Shown one piece after another: positions 51,464 through 63,669 of a stretch of DNA of 64,000 nt. The notes under the pieces are model-generated. The model was not told the DNA's origin and searched no databases. It saw nothing but the letters and a program-made list of their open reading frames with translations. The stretch is from Octopus sinensis. Its lineage: Eukaryota. The stretch lies in assembly GCF_006345805.1 (NCBI RefSeq), contig NC_042998.1:51088001-51152000 (forward strand), given 5' to 3'. Positions within the stretch are counted from its first letter, which is position 1; every line of letters begins with the position of its first letter. The position numbers and the translations under genes are program-made.

Positions 51464-51790
51464 ATGGCTCAGTGGTTAGAGCGTCGAGCTTACGATCGTG
51501 AGGTTGTGAGCTCGAATCCCGGACCGGGCTGCGTGTTGTGTTCTTGAGCAAAACACTTTATTTCACGTTGCTCCTGTTCACTCACTGTAAAATGAGTTGC
51601 GACGTCACTGGTTCCAAGCTGTATCGACCTTTGTCTTCCCTTGGATAACCTGGTGGCGTGGAGAGGGGAGGCCGGTATGCATGGGCGACTGCTGGTCTTC
51701 CATAAACAACCTTGCCCGGACTTGTGTCTAGGAGGGTAACTTTCTAGGTGCAATCCCATGGTCATTCATGACCGAAGGGGGTCTTTACCT
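51464..51790 (+). mobile_element. SINE family B, tail type 2
   Basis: GGCTCAGTGGTTAGAGC A box and GAGCTCGAATCCC B box; tail as in 22387-22665. Confidence 0.9.
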
Positions 51791-52037
51791 TTATAATATA
51801 TATATGTATGTAATATATATATGTATTTATATATACACATGCATATATGGGTACAGGACATCATAAATGGTGCAAATAACATGAAATACATAAACAAACA
51901 AGGGAAATATGGGTGAAATAAGCAAGGTCAAACACAATAATACAGAACAAAACAGTGCACATCAATGAGTAATATGATACAATAAGTACAATACGTATAA
52001 ATAAATATAAATAAATATAAATATAAATATAAACTAT

Positions 52038-52163
52038 ATCTTACAGCTGTTTCAGCGATGTAGATATGAGTATCTCATTATGCTCATATTAGCCAGGTGT
52101 GATTAGTTAATATGTGGTTATAAATGAGACACTTACATATATATTCCAGGCCTCTTCAGAGAT
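52038..52163 (-). ncRNA. Hammerhead ribozyme with long stem II insert (left arm)
   Basis: ATCT-CTGAAGA-GGCC...CGCT-GAAAC-AGCT-GTA^AGAT. Confidence 0.6.
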
Positions 52164-52341
52164 TATAAAGTACAATCCAAATATGAATATAAGAGAAGGT
52201 ACACCTATACAAGAATGAGTACATATACATAATATATAATATACACATACATATAAGTGTGTATATTATATATTATGTATATGTACTCATTCTTGTATAG
52301 GTTTACCTTCTCTTATATTCATATTTGGATTGTACTTTATA

Positions 52342-52467
52342 ATCTCTGAAGAGGCCTTGGGATATATATGTAAGTGTCTCATTTATAACCACATATTAAC
52401 TTATCACACCTGGCTAATATGAGCATAATGAGATCTCATATCTACATGGCTGAAACAGCTGTAAGAT
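52342..52467 (+). ncRNA. Hammerhead ribozyme with long stem II insert (right arm)
   Basis: ATCT-CTGAAGA-GGCC-(91 nt)-GGCT-GAAAC-AGCT-GTA^AGAT; palindromic ACAGCTGT stem III. Confidence 0.7.
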
Positions 52468-52873
52468 ATAGTTTATATTTATATTTATTTATACATATTG
52501 TACTTATGTATCATATTACTCATTGATGTGCACTGTTTTGTTCTGTATTATTGTGTTTGACCTTGATGTTCATATGTAGTTGTTAATAATTATGTGAATG
52601 GGTATTATCTGGTAGTTGATTATTGATTAAGGTGTATTCCTCCTCCTCCATTTTCTTATTTTGTATATATATATATATATATATTGGTTTATTATTTCTT
52701 ATATATATATATATATATATTTATATAGATATATATATATATTATATATATATATTACATACATATATATATATACATACATACATACATACATACATAC
52801 ATACAATATCATTAAATGATACATCCAAAAGAGATGCACACTCTAATGTATAGAGCAGTAGAGTATTTGGATA

Positions 52874-53208
52874 AAGATAGTTATGGCCACTCTATGGGAA
52901 ACACCCAGGGTTTCACATCCATGAGGTGCTTAGCTTTACAGCATCTCATCAGACATAAATAAATCACTGGCCATTAGGGTCTGATGAGACACTGTAAAGC
53001 TAAGAGGGAAATTCTTATCGGGTGATTGTAGTCATCTACAATAAAAAAAAAAGCAACAAGCTCTTTACTAGAGACATACTAGTATAGTTTGTGTATTATT
53101 TCCTTTACAGTTTCATAAGATGTTCTAATATTCATATCTTTTGTGCTGTAAAAGAAACCAAGTGCTTTATAAGCCTGTTAAACCCCATAGACCAGCCATA
53201 GCTATCTT
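52874..53208. mobile_element. Decayed fold-back element related to 11285-11518
   Basis: Inner inverted repeat 52929-52954 / 52979-53004 containing CTGATGAG; outer inverted repeat 52874-52898 / 53184-53208. Confidence 0.6.
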
Positions 53209-53215
53209 CATATAA

Positions 53216-53266
<51 letters not shown>

Positions 53267-53486
53267 ATATATATATACATATACATATATGGTTATTATT
53301 TACTCACAAGCTGACAACATATACAGCTGTTTTAACACTGGTTTCTTTTACAGCACAAAAGATATGAATATTAAAACATCTTATCAAACTGTAAAGGAAA
53401 TAATACACAAAATATACTATGTTTCTAGAAAAGGACTTGTTGCTTTTTTTTTTATTATAGATAACTACAATCACCTGATAAGAATT

Positions 53487-53550
<64 letters not shown>

Positions 53551-53729
53551 AAAAACACATACATACATACATACATACATACAAAGAGACAGACAGGTAA
53601 ACAGATATAATTATATGAATGTAGACATAGCTCCAAGAAAGATGCTTTTGCAGAAACAACTGTAAGATACTTAAGGCAATTATGTATCTCCTGTTCTTTT
53701 GTCATTCGTGTTATATATATATATGCATG

Positions 53730-53778
<49 letters not shown>

Positions 53779-53879
53779 ATAGTAATGGTAAGGCAGCAAA
53801 AGAATGAAAGATGCCTCGATATTATGTAAATAGAGGAATTTATCTGTAATATAATATGTAACAATTATTCACTTGCCAT

Positions 53880-53940
53880 AATAAAACTCAGAGTTTCAGA
53901 TGGCAGGGCAGAAACCTGCTCCAGCATCTCTTCAGTTATC
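53880..53940 (-). ncRNA. Hammerhead ribozyme (GUU site)
   Basis: GATAA-CTGAAGA-GATG..CATC-T-GAAAC-TCTGA-GTT^TTATT. Confidence 0.7.
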
Positions 53941-54668
53941 GAGGCAATTAAAGTATGCTATGAAAATGACTTAAATAAAGGGGAATTACAATGTAATTGA
54001 CCGTTATTAAGACAAGAGCTCTTAGAATGACTGTTAAATAAGGGAAAAACCGAAGGGGAGGAAGTAAAAAATAAAGGAGTGCATAGCAATTGCGTATGTG
54101 CACCCCTCCATCTGTACATGTGCCTATATGCATATGCTCACTCAGACTCATATGAAACACACACATGTACACCCACATATATGCCAAATAGATGCACATA
54201 TATATATGCAACCACGCATGTATACTTATACAAATCCACACACACATATGCACACACACACGCATGCACATACCCATATGCATGCACACAGTTAAAAATG
54301 TGCACATGCTATATGCTCGCTTACATTTGCATGGAACACATGCATGTACACCCACACATACATGCAACCATACACATGTACATATACATGTATATATATA
54401 CATACCTGCACACATGCACGATGTACACATATGTATGTCTGTGCACACACACACACATGCACGTACCCATATGCGCACAGTTATATTCAAATGTACATCT
54501 AAAATAAGTACATGCTATATATGCATATGCTCACTTCCTTTACTTTTTACTTCTTCCCCTTCAGTTTCTTTCCTGTATTCTAATAGCTCTTTTGTCTTAA
54601 TAATGGTCAATTACATAGTAATTTCCCTTTGTTTAACGGTCATTTTCATAGCATATTTTAATTGCCTC

Positions 54669-54729
54669 GATAACTGACGAGATGCTGGAGCAGGCTTCAG
54701 CCCCAACATCCGAAACTCAGAGCTTTAGT
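54669..54729 (+). ncRNA. Hammerhead motif with mutated cleavage triplet (GCT)
   Basis: GATAA-CTGACGA-GATG..CATC-C-GAAAC-TCAGA-GCT-TTAGT. Confidence 0.6.
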
Positions 54730-54765
54730 ATGGCAACCGAATAATTATCACATATTATATTACAG

Positions 54766-54798
<33 letters not shown>

Positions 54799-55174
54799 TG
54801 TATGTATGTATGTATGTGTGTATGTATGCTTGTATGTGCATGTGTGTATATATATATATATATATATGCATAATATACTTACACACACAAACAAACACAC
54901 ACACATGCACACATACATACATAGATACACATACACACATATATACATGCATATATCAACTTTTACAAGGAAAAGTTTGACAGCTTTGGCTTGTTTAGCA
55001 GACTATCAGATGAAAGCAAGCAAACTAAATCTTTGAAATTACTGTCAAATTTTACCTTTCAAGAATTAATGAATATATAATCTACAAAAAAGTATTGTGT
55101 AATCCTTCAGTTTAATATTAAACTGTTCTTATATTTAACTTGATATAGCAACAAACATTGATCTTATAAATATA

Positions 55175-56650
55175 TGGCAGGAGCTTAAAGCTGTCAGTGA
55201 AAAACTCTAACATCAAAAGAGAATAACTGAGAGAAGAGCAATAAACAAAAAATTTAACCAAAATCAGGCAGCAGTATATAGAGACAAGAGAGGAGGAGCA
55301 GTGAACAGCATATAGAAGCTCCTTCATGAGAAGAGATAGACTCCTAGAGGAAAATCTGGAGTGAAGAGGAGTTTAACCAAGATGCTCTGTGGCTGGGAGA
55401 AATCCGAAGAAGTTATTGCTCCTGCATTACATCCAAGACATACAACATTGATGGTGAAACTCTTGCAACATCCAGAAACTCCAGGATGGAAAAGCACCTG
55501 GAAGACTTGACTGTTGGATATTGGTACAAGAAGCTAACTGTCTATCAACCGTATCTGTACCAGCAAGCTTTCATTGGGTTAGCTCTGGCAGAGACAAAAT
55601 TGATCCCCAAATGCAGAACCACCAGCCAATTGCATGCCAGAACTTAATGTATAAGATAGATACAGCATGTTTAAACCTGTTCCTCCAGGACCATTATGAA
55701 ACCAATAACATCACAGCAGAAAAAGCAGCTGGGAAGAAGAAAGTCTGGGGATGTACCGAGCAATTGATAATCAACAAAACTGTTTTGTCAGAGGTGCAAG
55801 AGCATAGGAAGATCCTAGTTTCAATGTGGCTAGACTATAAGAAAGCCTTTGACTCTGTTCTCCTCTCATGGATGCTAGGCCTTCAACTTGCTAAAGTTGC
55901 AGTGAGCATATTCAAAGCCATTGCTGACCTGACTTCATCGCAGGCCACCATCTTGAAATTAAACACAAGGAGTAACTGTAATATCACTGACAGAATACAG
56001 TATCACAAAGGCATATTCCAAGAGAACAGCCTCTATGTGATGTTGTTTATACTTTCTGTAAACCCTTTGTCATTCATGTTTATAAAGTCTGAAGGATATC
56101 TCTCTGGTTCACAAGGAAACAAAAATAGCAGAATTACACACTGCTTCTTTGTGGATGACTTGAAACTTTATGCAAAGAATATGCATGAGATGAAAAAGAG
56201 CCTTGACCTAGTTACAACATCCTCAAAGGATGTAGGGTTGGCGTTTGGTCAGGATAAATGTTGTTATATGGTTGTAAAAAGGAGGAAAACTATAAACCAG
56301 GCTAGCAACATTTCCATCAATGATTTGACTATTTTCCCTATATCTGACGAGGAACATTACAGGTATCTAGGGGTGGATGAAAACATATCTTATAATGACA
56401 TCTATAACAAAACAGGTGTCACTAAAGAATATTACAGCTGAATAAAGACAATTTGGACCTCAGAACTCCTGCATTTAATAAAACAGTGGCTTACAATGTG
56501 TTTGCAGTGCCTGTACTCATACCAACATTTGGGCTACTTGATTGGATGCCAGATGAGATCCAAGCCCTTGATGTGAAAACCTGAAAAATACTAATAATTT
56601 CCACATAAACAGTGACATAGACTGCCTCTACCTAAAATGAAAACAAGGCT
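55175..56650 (+). mobile_element. R4/Dong-like LINE, RT pseudogene
   Basis: ORF 55521-56441: QPIACQNLMYK, GCTEQLIINK, WLDYKKAFDSV, GIFQENSL, FVDDLKLY (FVDD at 56148-56159), YRYLGVDE. Confidence 0.9.
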
Positions 56651-57149
56651 TACTACCTCTGTTTTTCTCTGTATATCTATCAATCTGTATTTCTATCTCT
56701 ATAATCATATAAAATTTCCCTTTGCAGACAGACCAAAAACCTAGCAGCAACTGAATGAAAAAGGGTGACAGCTTCAAGAAATTAAGGTTAATACTAAATG
56801 AAATAATATGCTAGAAAGAAAAGAAACATCCTCCTATTTACTACGCAGGTAAAGAACAGTAACATATGTTTCTATCTTAATGTGCATCATCAGCACAGTG
56901 TTGCCATTCTCCTTTTTGAACCAAGCATAATCATTTTGATATATACAAGGCAGTCGAGTAACATTTTTGCTCAAGCGTAATTTGCATAATTAAACTGGAA
57001 AAAGACTAAGAGAAAATATAAAAAATGGAAGCGGGGCCCAGTGGTATGAATATAGATAGCAAAATCAACAGGGAGTGTATATGAATGCTATGCATAATAA
57101 ATTCATAATTTCTAAAAATTTTCTTCAGAGACAAGAGGTAAACAAAATA

Positions 57150-57259
57150 TATTTAGATGTATATGTGTGGGTGTATATGTATGCATGTATGCCTGTATGT
57201 GTGTGTATATATATATATATACATACATATATATATATCCATATTATACATATATATAC

Positions 57260-57290
<31 letters not shown>

Positions 57291-57321
57291 CATATATATA
57301 CATACATATATATTACATACA

Positions 57322-57359
<38 letters not shown>

Positions 57360-57581
57360 ACATACATATATATATATATACATATATATATATGTATATA
57401 TAGAGTAAAAGAGTATATATAATATATATATATATATATACATATATATACATACATAATATATATAGATATATATATATATTTATAATCATATACATAT
57501 ATAGGGATGATGATTATGAGATGACAACACATATGCAGACTCTCTCTCACACACACACACACACGTACATACAAGTTTTAC

Positions 57582-57616
<35 letters not shown>

Positions 57617-57981
57617 AATGATGAAATCAAACAATTTTTTCCTTTCTCTTTAAGGTATTCATATAAATAACATTGCTCAATCTCAACCTGAACATTACTT
57701 ATTTACTTCAATATATTTGCATTTATACATTTTTCTTTTATGCTTTAATAGTATTTTACCAGCATATTATAAACAGAATGTTTACTATTATCTCTATCAT
57801 TCTGAACTCCTCTGCAACACACCTCATTTTCTTCACTATAAGGTTCCAAAGTCTGATATTTTGCCAATGAATACACTGATTAATTAATGTATGTGTGTGT
57901 GTGTGTGTATTTATCTATACATCATCATTATCATATATATATACATATGTATATATGTAAATGTATATACGTATATGTGTG

Positions 57982-58021
<40 letters not shown>

Positions 58022-58080
58022 GTGTATGTATATATGATATATGTGTGTATATATATATATATATATACATACATACATAC

Positions 58081-58161
<81 letters not shown>

Positions 58162-58490
58162 CACATACATATATATATTAAACACACACACACACATATA
58201 TATGCATACATATATACATATATATATATATACATATACATATATGTATGTATGTATGAATATACACATAAACATATACATATGTACGTAGAAGCAGGCA
58301 CATGCAAAAAGGTGCTTACATACATAATATAAATACATATATTATATCTTCAATTCACTAGCTATAATTATATACAACAAATAAATGTAAACAGATATAC
58401 CCATTTACATAACAAACACACACACACACATACATACATACATACATACATACATACATACATACATACATACATACATACAAACACATA
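57150..58490. repeat. Compound (AT)n/(ATAC)n microsatellite blocks
   Basis: Direct reading (57150-57615 and 57890-58490). Confidence 0.9.
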
Positions 58491-58589
58491 AACAAAGCCA
58501 CTCACGCAAATGTTTCAAAAATACTATGGAAAGCCAGAGGGACGCAGATAGACATACTGAACTGGTTTGTCATAGCGCAAGCAAATTTC

Positions 58590-59950
58590 TCCAAGAAGGA
58601 AGGCACAATTTTGGCTGAGAACTGTAAGCTTATAACTTGCCTTAACATTATGTACAAATTGTACACAAGCTGTTTGAATAAATTCCTTCAAGATCATATT
58701 AAGTATAATGTCACAGTCATGGACAAACAGACAGGCAGCAAGAAAGCTATAAGTGGATGCATCAAGCAACTTTTGGTAAATAAAGCTGTTTCGTTTTGTT
58801 GTTTGTTCCTTCTCGAGCCATGCCTGGATCGTAAGGGCCGGTTTCCCGGTTTCTTGGCGTATAGATTCCCCACCTGGACAGAACGCTAGTCCATTGCAGG
58901 TGACCTGCAAGATGCAGGAGGGAAGAGTGAGAGAAAGGTTGTGACAAAAGAGTCAGCAGAAGTTCACCATTACCTTCTGTCGGAACAGCGTGGAGCTTAG
59001 GTTTTTCGCTCATAAACATACACATCACCCGGTCTGAGATTCAAACCCGTGATCCCTTGACCGTGAGTCCACTGCTTTAACCACTAGGCCATGTGCCTCC
59101 ACTTAAATAATTAAATAAAGCTGTACTGTCCACCATATGAAAACACTATAGGAATTTTGTAACAGTACTAAGTGATTACAGAAAAACATTCAACACCATT
59201 TTCCACTGATGGCCATTGAAGATAAAACAGCTGACAAAAGTACCCTCTCTCTTAGTTGCTACTATCAAAAGGTTCATGAAAACTTGATTCACAATTCTTG
59301 CATTTGAAATTGAAAGTGGAAACTACTGTTTCATGTAATTAAATATTTCAACAAGGTATCTCAAGGTGAGAGTCTGTCTATGCTCCTGTTTATGTTAGAC
59401 CTAAGTCCTCTGTCATTTCTTCTAAGATACTCCACTGATTATGTTTACGGCTCTACAGTAGCAAGGGATACTAATATTACCTGTAATATCTTTATGGATT
59501 ATCTAAAGATTTAAGCCCCAAATATTTACAATGTCAAACAAAAGCGCAATTTCATCACAACATTTTCCACTGACATAGGGATGGAGTGTGGCCAAAAGAA
59601 ATGGTCATATTTAAGAAATGAACACAGAAAAACAGTTTCCCAATCCCACAATTTTTGCATCAATGATTTCTCTCACACCATGAGTGCTACAGATACCTAG
59701 GTACTGAAGAAAATATATCAAATAAAAGTTCCGTGAACAAAGAGAGAATAACCAAAGAATATTACACAAGACTTAAAAAGATATGAGTGAGAGCTTTCCT
59801 CGTACAAGACAATATCCTACAATGCATTTGCAGTGCCCATACTAAATCTAACATTTGGAATACTTGACTGGTCTAGTGAAGAAATCTGTTCCATAGACAT
59901 TAAAATCCACAAGATCTTAATACCATCTGCAAATTTCCACACAAACAGTC
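58590..59950 (+). mobile_element. Second R4/Dong-like RT pseudogene, interrupted by a SINE
   Basis: CKLITCLNIMYKLYTSCL...GCIKQLLVNKAV; resumes at 59112 with NKAVLS...SDYRKTFNT and later KEYYTRLKKI. Confidence 0.85.
58790..59111 (-). mobile_element. SINE family E with perfect 13-bp TSD
   Basis: TAAATAAAGCTGT at 58777-58789 and 59112-59124. Confidence 0.9.
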
Positions 59951-60514
59951 ATTTTAACAAATTCCTTAGAAATACAGTCAAATTATATTTTGCTATTTTA
60001 AAAAATGATTCATTAGACAATGTAGTTGGGGATCAAGATTACCTTTTGGTATTAATAATGCTTCTGCCATAATTAAATTTTTCTTTTAATAAGCCCACTG
60101 GCTATTTGAAACATGTTAAGTTGGATATCAAGAATACTTTTATATATATACATATCTGGTGCCATGTAAAAGCAACCATGCCAGTAGAGTGTAAAAAACA
60201 CCTATCACACTCTGTAACGTAGTTAGCATTAGGAAGGACATCCAATCACAGCTCTCAGGCTGGCCATCTACTGTAAAGTCATGATGATGATGATGATGAT
60301 TCAAATCTTGTGATGGAAGCAGCTCCAAACTGTAAACATTACTAATATACATTTAATGTATGTGTGTTGTTTAAATGCATTTAAGCTGCAGTATTTCATC
60401 AAGGGGTGGTCCATTTAGAGAGATAGTGTTTTAAAAAAAAACACAGTATGCTTCAACAGAAATATTATGTTTCTAAATATCTCAGAGAGATATAAGCAGT
60501 AGCGATACGATAGA

Positions 60515-60829
60515 GTAGTTATACACTGTCAACTTAATGTGACAGTCCCATGAAGGGAATCACACCACTGCTATTTAGCCCTAGGAAGCAGCAACGCTTC
60601 CTGTTGGCCTTGACACGTTTCCTATGTCCTAATGTTTACAATGGGGAGATAAGCACCTCCACTGGATGCAGGCTTAGCTGGGTGGGGGTGCTTATCTCCG
60701 CCTTGTAACCATAAGGACACACGAAATGTATCAAGGTCGACAGGGAGTGCTGCTGCTTCCTATGGTTAAATAGTAGTGGTGTGATTCCCTTCATGGGACT
60801 GTCACATTAAGTTGACAGTATACAACTAC
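60515..60829. mobile_element. 315-bp fold-back element inside a 14-bp direct repeat
   Basis: Arms 60515-60662 and 60682-60829; ACAGTATGCTTCAA at 60443-60456 and 60828-60841. Confidence 0.8.
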
Positions 60830-62054
60830 AGTATGCTTCAAAGCCCAGTGAAATGAATCACCTCAGGAGTGAATGAGAGTAACATATCAAGATTTTACTG
60901 TTATTTCAGCTCATCAGTGCTGTATACCTGATCCACCCTCGAAATGAATTCAAATTGCTAGTCTGTAGTATATACAGTTAGCATAAAATCTATCTGCTGA
61001 TGTGCCAGAGTGCTGCACAAGTAAAACAAAATTCAAATTTTGTGTTAGAAGCAACGCTATTAATATAAACACTCATGGAGAAGACCATTAAATACTTTTC
61101 TCTTCTTAGTTCTCAAAGTTGGGCCCCTTTTACAAAACTGATGGTGTGTGTTTTGTGAGAAGAAAACTTTATTGCAGAAGGAAACAATACAAGAATGCAA
61201 ATGAATAATATAATATTAGTTTTGAAAGAGAGATGAGAGGAGAAACAGACTAACTGACGGACTGACCGATAGATACACAGACAGGTAGACAGGCAGCCAT
61301 GCAGACAGAAAGATAGATTATTGAAAGAAAGCTTTATTAAAGATGGAAACAATAAAACAACACAAACAAATTAAAGAAATTTACAATCATTTTTCAATGC
61401 GAGAGAAAGAATGAGAGACAGAGAAGAATGAGAGAATGATAGAGAATGAGTGAAATAGAGAGGAATGGGAACAAACAGATAGATAAATAATTTATTTTAT
61501 TTGAAAGTCAACCATACTTTGATACAAAGAGAATATACATTGCTTGAACAAGACTGAGATAATCAAAAAAGGCAATATTCTTAGACTAAGCTGTCTTCCA
61601 GAGCATTTATTTTCAAAAGAAAAGTAAGAAACAATGTTAAATTCAGGAGAGGGACATAAATATAACATAAAATACAAAAGTAAATGGAAATTTAGGGGGG
61701 GAAAAAAAGAGAAAAAGTTTAAGAAATTAAAAAAAAAATCTGAAATACATATGTGAAAATAAAATTCAAAAGGATACACATAGATACAAAAAAAAATGAA
61801 AGAAATTTTGAAAAACAAATTTTTAAAAAACAGACATACATTTTTTTAAAATAGGAGATACAAACACACACACACAAATGTACACATAAATACTAAAAAG
61901 TGAAAAAGTTATGAAAAAGGAAATTATAAAATATATATATTAAACTTAATAAATGGACACACACATTTATATATATATATATATATTATATATATATATA
62001 TATATATGCACACATGCACACAAACATACATACATATATACATACATACATACA

Positions 62055-62085
<31 letters not shown>

Positions 62086-62099
62086 GTATGTGTGTACAT

Positions 62100-62320
62100 A
62101 CATCATCATCATCATCTTTTAATAGCCACTTTTCTATGCTTGCATGGGTCATACAAGGTTTATTTGAGGCATATCTTCTACAGCTGGATGCTCTTCCTGT
62201 CGACAATCCTCACCTGTTTCCACATGGCCAGACATGTTCTCACAGAATATTGGAAATCAATGACATTGCTTGTATGACAGTGACACTCATTTACAACTAC
62301 CATGTGATGTCAAGAAAAGA
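62100..62320 (-). mobile_element. RTE-type tail variant
   Basis: (CAT)n...TTCTACAGCTGGATGCTCTTCC. Confidence 0.65.
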
Positions 62321-62619
62321 CACAAACACACACACACACACACACATACACACATGCACATGCATGAACATACACATGCATGCACATACACACACATGCA
62401 CACACTCACATAGATATATATGTAATTATCTCCCTCTCTCTCTTTCCCTCTTTCTCTCTCTCTGTTAACCCATCTCTGATCCTTGCCACTATCACCACGT
62501 CTCTAGCAGCCTTAACTTTATCACTCATGCCTCAAACATTCATGTCTCTATCGCTGCACAATATGCATTCAATTGTTCATTGAAATAAGAACACGCATAC
62601 ACACACACACACATACACA

Positions 62620-62660
<41 letters not shown>

Positions 62661-62903
62661 ACACACACATACAGTATTCCCTCACCCTGTTGCAGTTCAC
62701 CTGGCACACACTCAGTACATCGCAGATTTTTCTGGCTAATATATGTAAATTTATATCACGGACTCCTCAGTATATCCGGGTCTCTGTAATCAACAGGTAT
62801 TTATATTTTTTTTAGATTTTAATTATTTCTGTGTGAGGTTTAGGAACATAACACCTGCAATAGTCAAGGGATTACTATGTATATATATATATATATATAT
62901 ATA

Positions 62904-63292
62904 CTAGCAGTATCGCCCGGCGTTGCTCGGGTTTGTTTCGACCCTTTAGAATTGGAATTTTTGAAAAGTAAAAATTTTGCACTATGTAGCTTGTTATTCT
63001 CTTTAAGTGAACATTTTTCTGGTTGAAATATACCGAAAAATGGCGACACAGCAGTCAAAAAATCGTAAAAAATAGGGATTTTCATAGAAAAAAACACTTT
63101 TTTGATGTAAATAATTTTTGGTGTTAACATGGTCCAATTTGAATTTTATCTTCTACGGAATGAAGAGCAAGCCTTCTGCTATCATACTCTCAATTTTGGT
63201 CAACTTGCATCGCGGGGTCTCAGAGGAGATAGTGTTAGTTGAAGGCTACCAAACCTGCCACACACAGACAACTTCATTTTTATATATACAGA
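62904..63292 (-). mobile_element. Non-autonomous Helitron
   Basis: Minus strand: A|TC start at 63292, GC hairpin at 62916-62931, CTAG|T end at 62904; A|T target with no TSD. Confidence 0.8.
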
Positions 63293-63669
63293 TATATATA
63301 TATATATATATAAAGAAACATTGGTTATAGAACAAACATTAAATTTGGCTCAACGACTTTACATACAACACCACCCCTCAAACATTTAATCATATATAAA
63401 TATCACCATGGTTCCCTAACACATAAAAAATAATACATATGCATAAAATCACAGAAGGTAAAAATATATAATTGAATAAAATACAAATAGAACAGCCTAT
63501 CAAAAATGTTAAATATAAACGGCTAAAAATTCCCAAAAAACCTAATAGACAAATATAAAATAAGTAAAGGTAAAATAAAATAATATAAAATAAAATAAAA
63601 TAAATATCCACCGACTAAAAAAGTTTTATCAGACAGTTAAAATATTAAAATTTTTTTTTTTAAACATGC

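Larger units (their letters stand above)
51923..52565. mobile_element. 643-bp fold-back Penelope-like element
   Basis: Arms 51923-52247 and 52258-52565 are near-perfect reverse complements; one hammerhead per arm. Confidence 0.85.
53849..54760. mobile_element. Inverted-repeat Penelope-like element with 440-bp simple-repeat spacer
   Basis: Arms 53849-54085 and 54526-54760, each with a hammerhead; same family as 51370. Confidence 0.8.

Noticed and set aside
51464-51530. tRNA gene (also the heads at 7579, 22387 and 26740)
   Set aside because: A and B boxes are present, but there is no complete cloverleaf and each continues into a SINE body.
55521-56441. 306-aa uninterrupted RT ORF as a domesticated or active gene
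   Set aside because: Conserved motifs are degenerate (QGD to QEN), it starts at a TTG after a frameshift, and it ends at a premature stop with homology continuing.
60895-60925. Minus-strand CTGATGAGCTGAAA hammerhead-like string
   Set aside because: Only 3 nt lie between the core halves (no stem II) and there is no stem III or NUH site.
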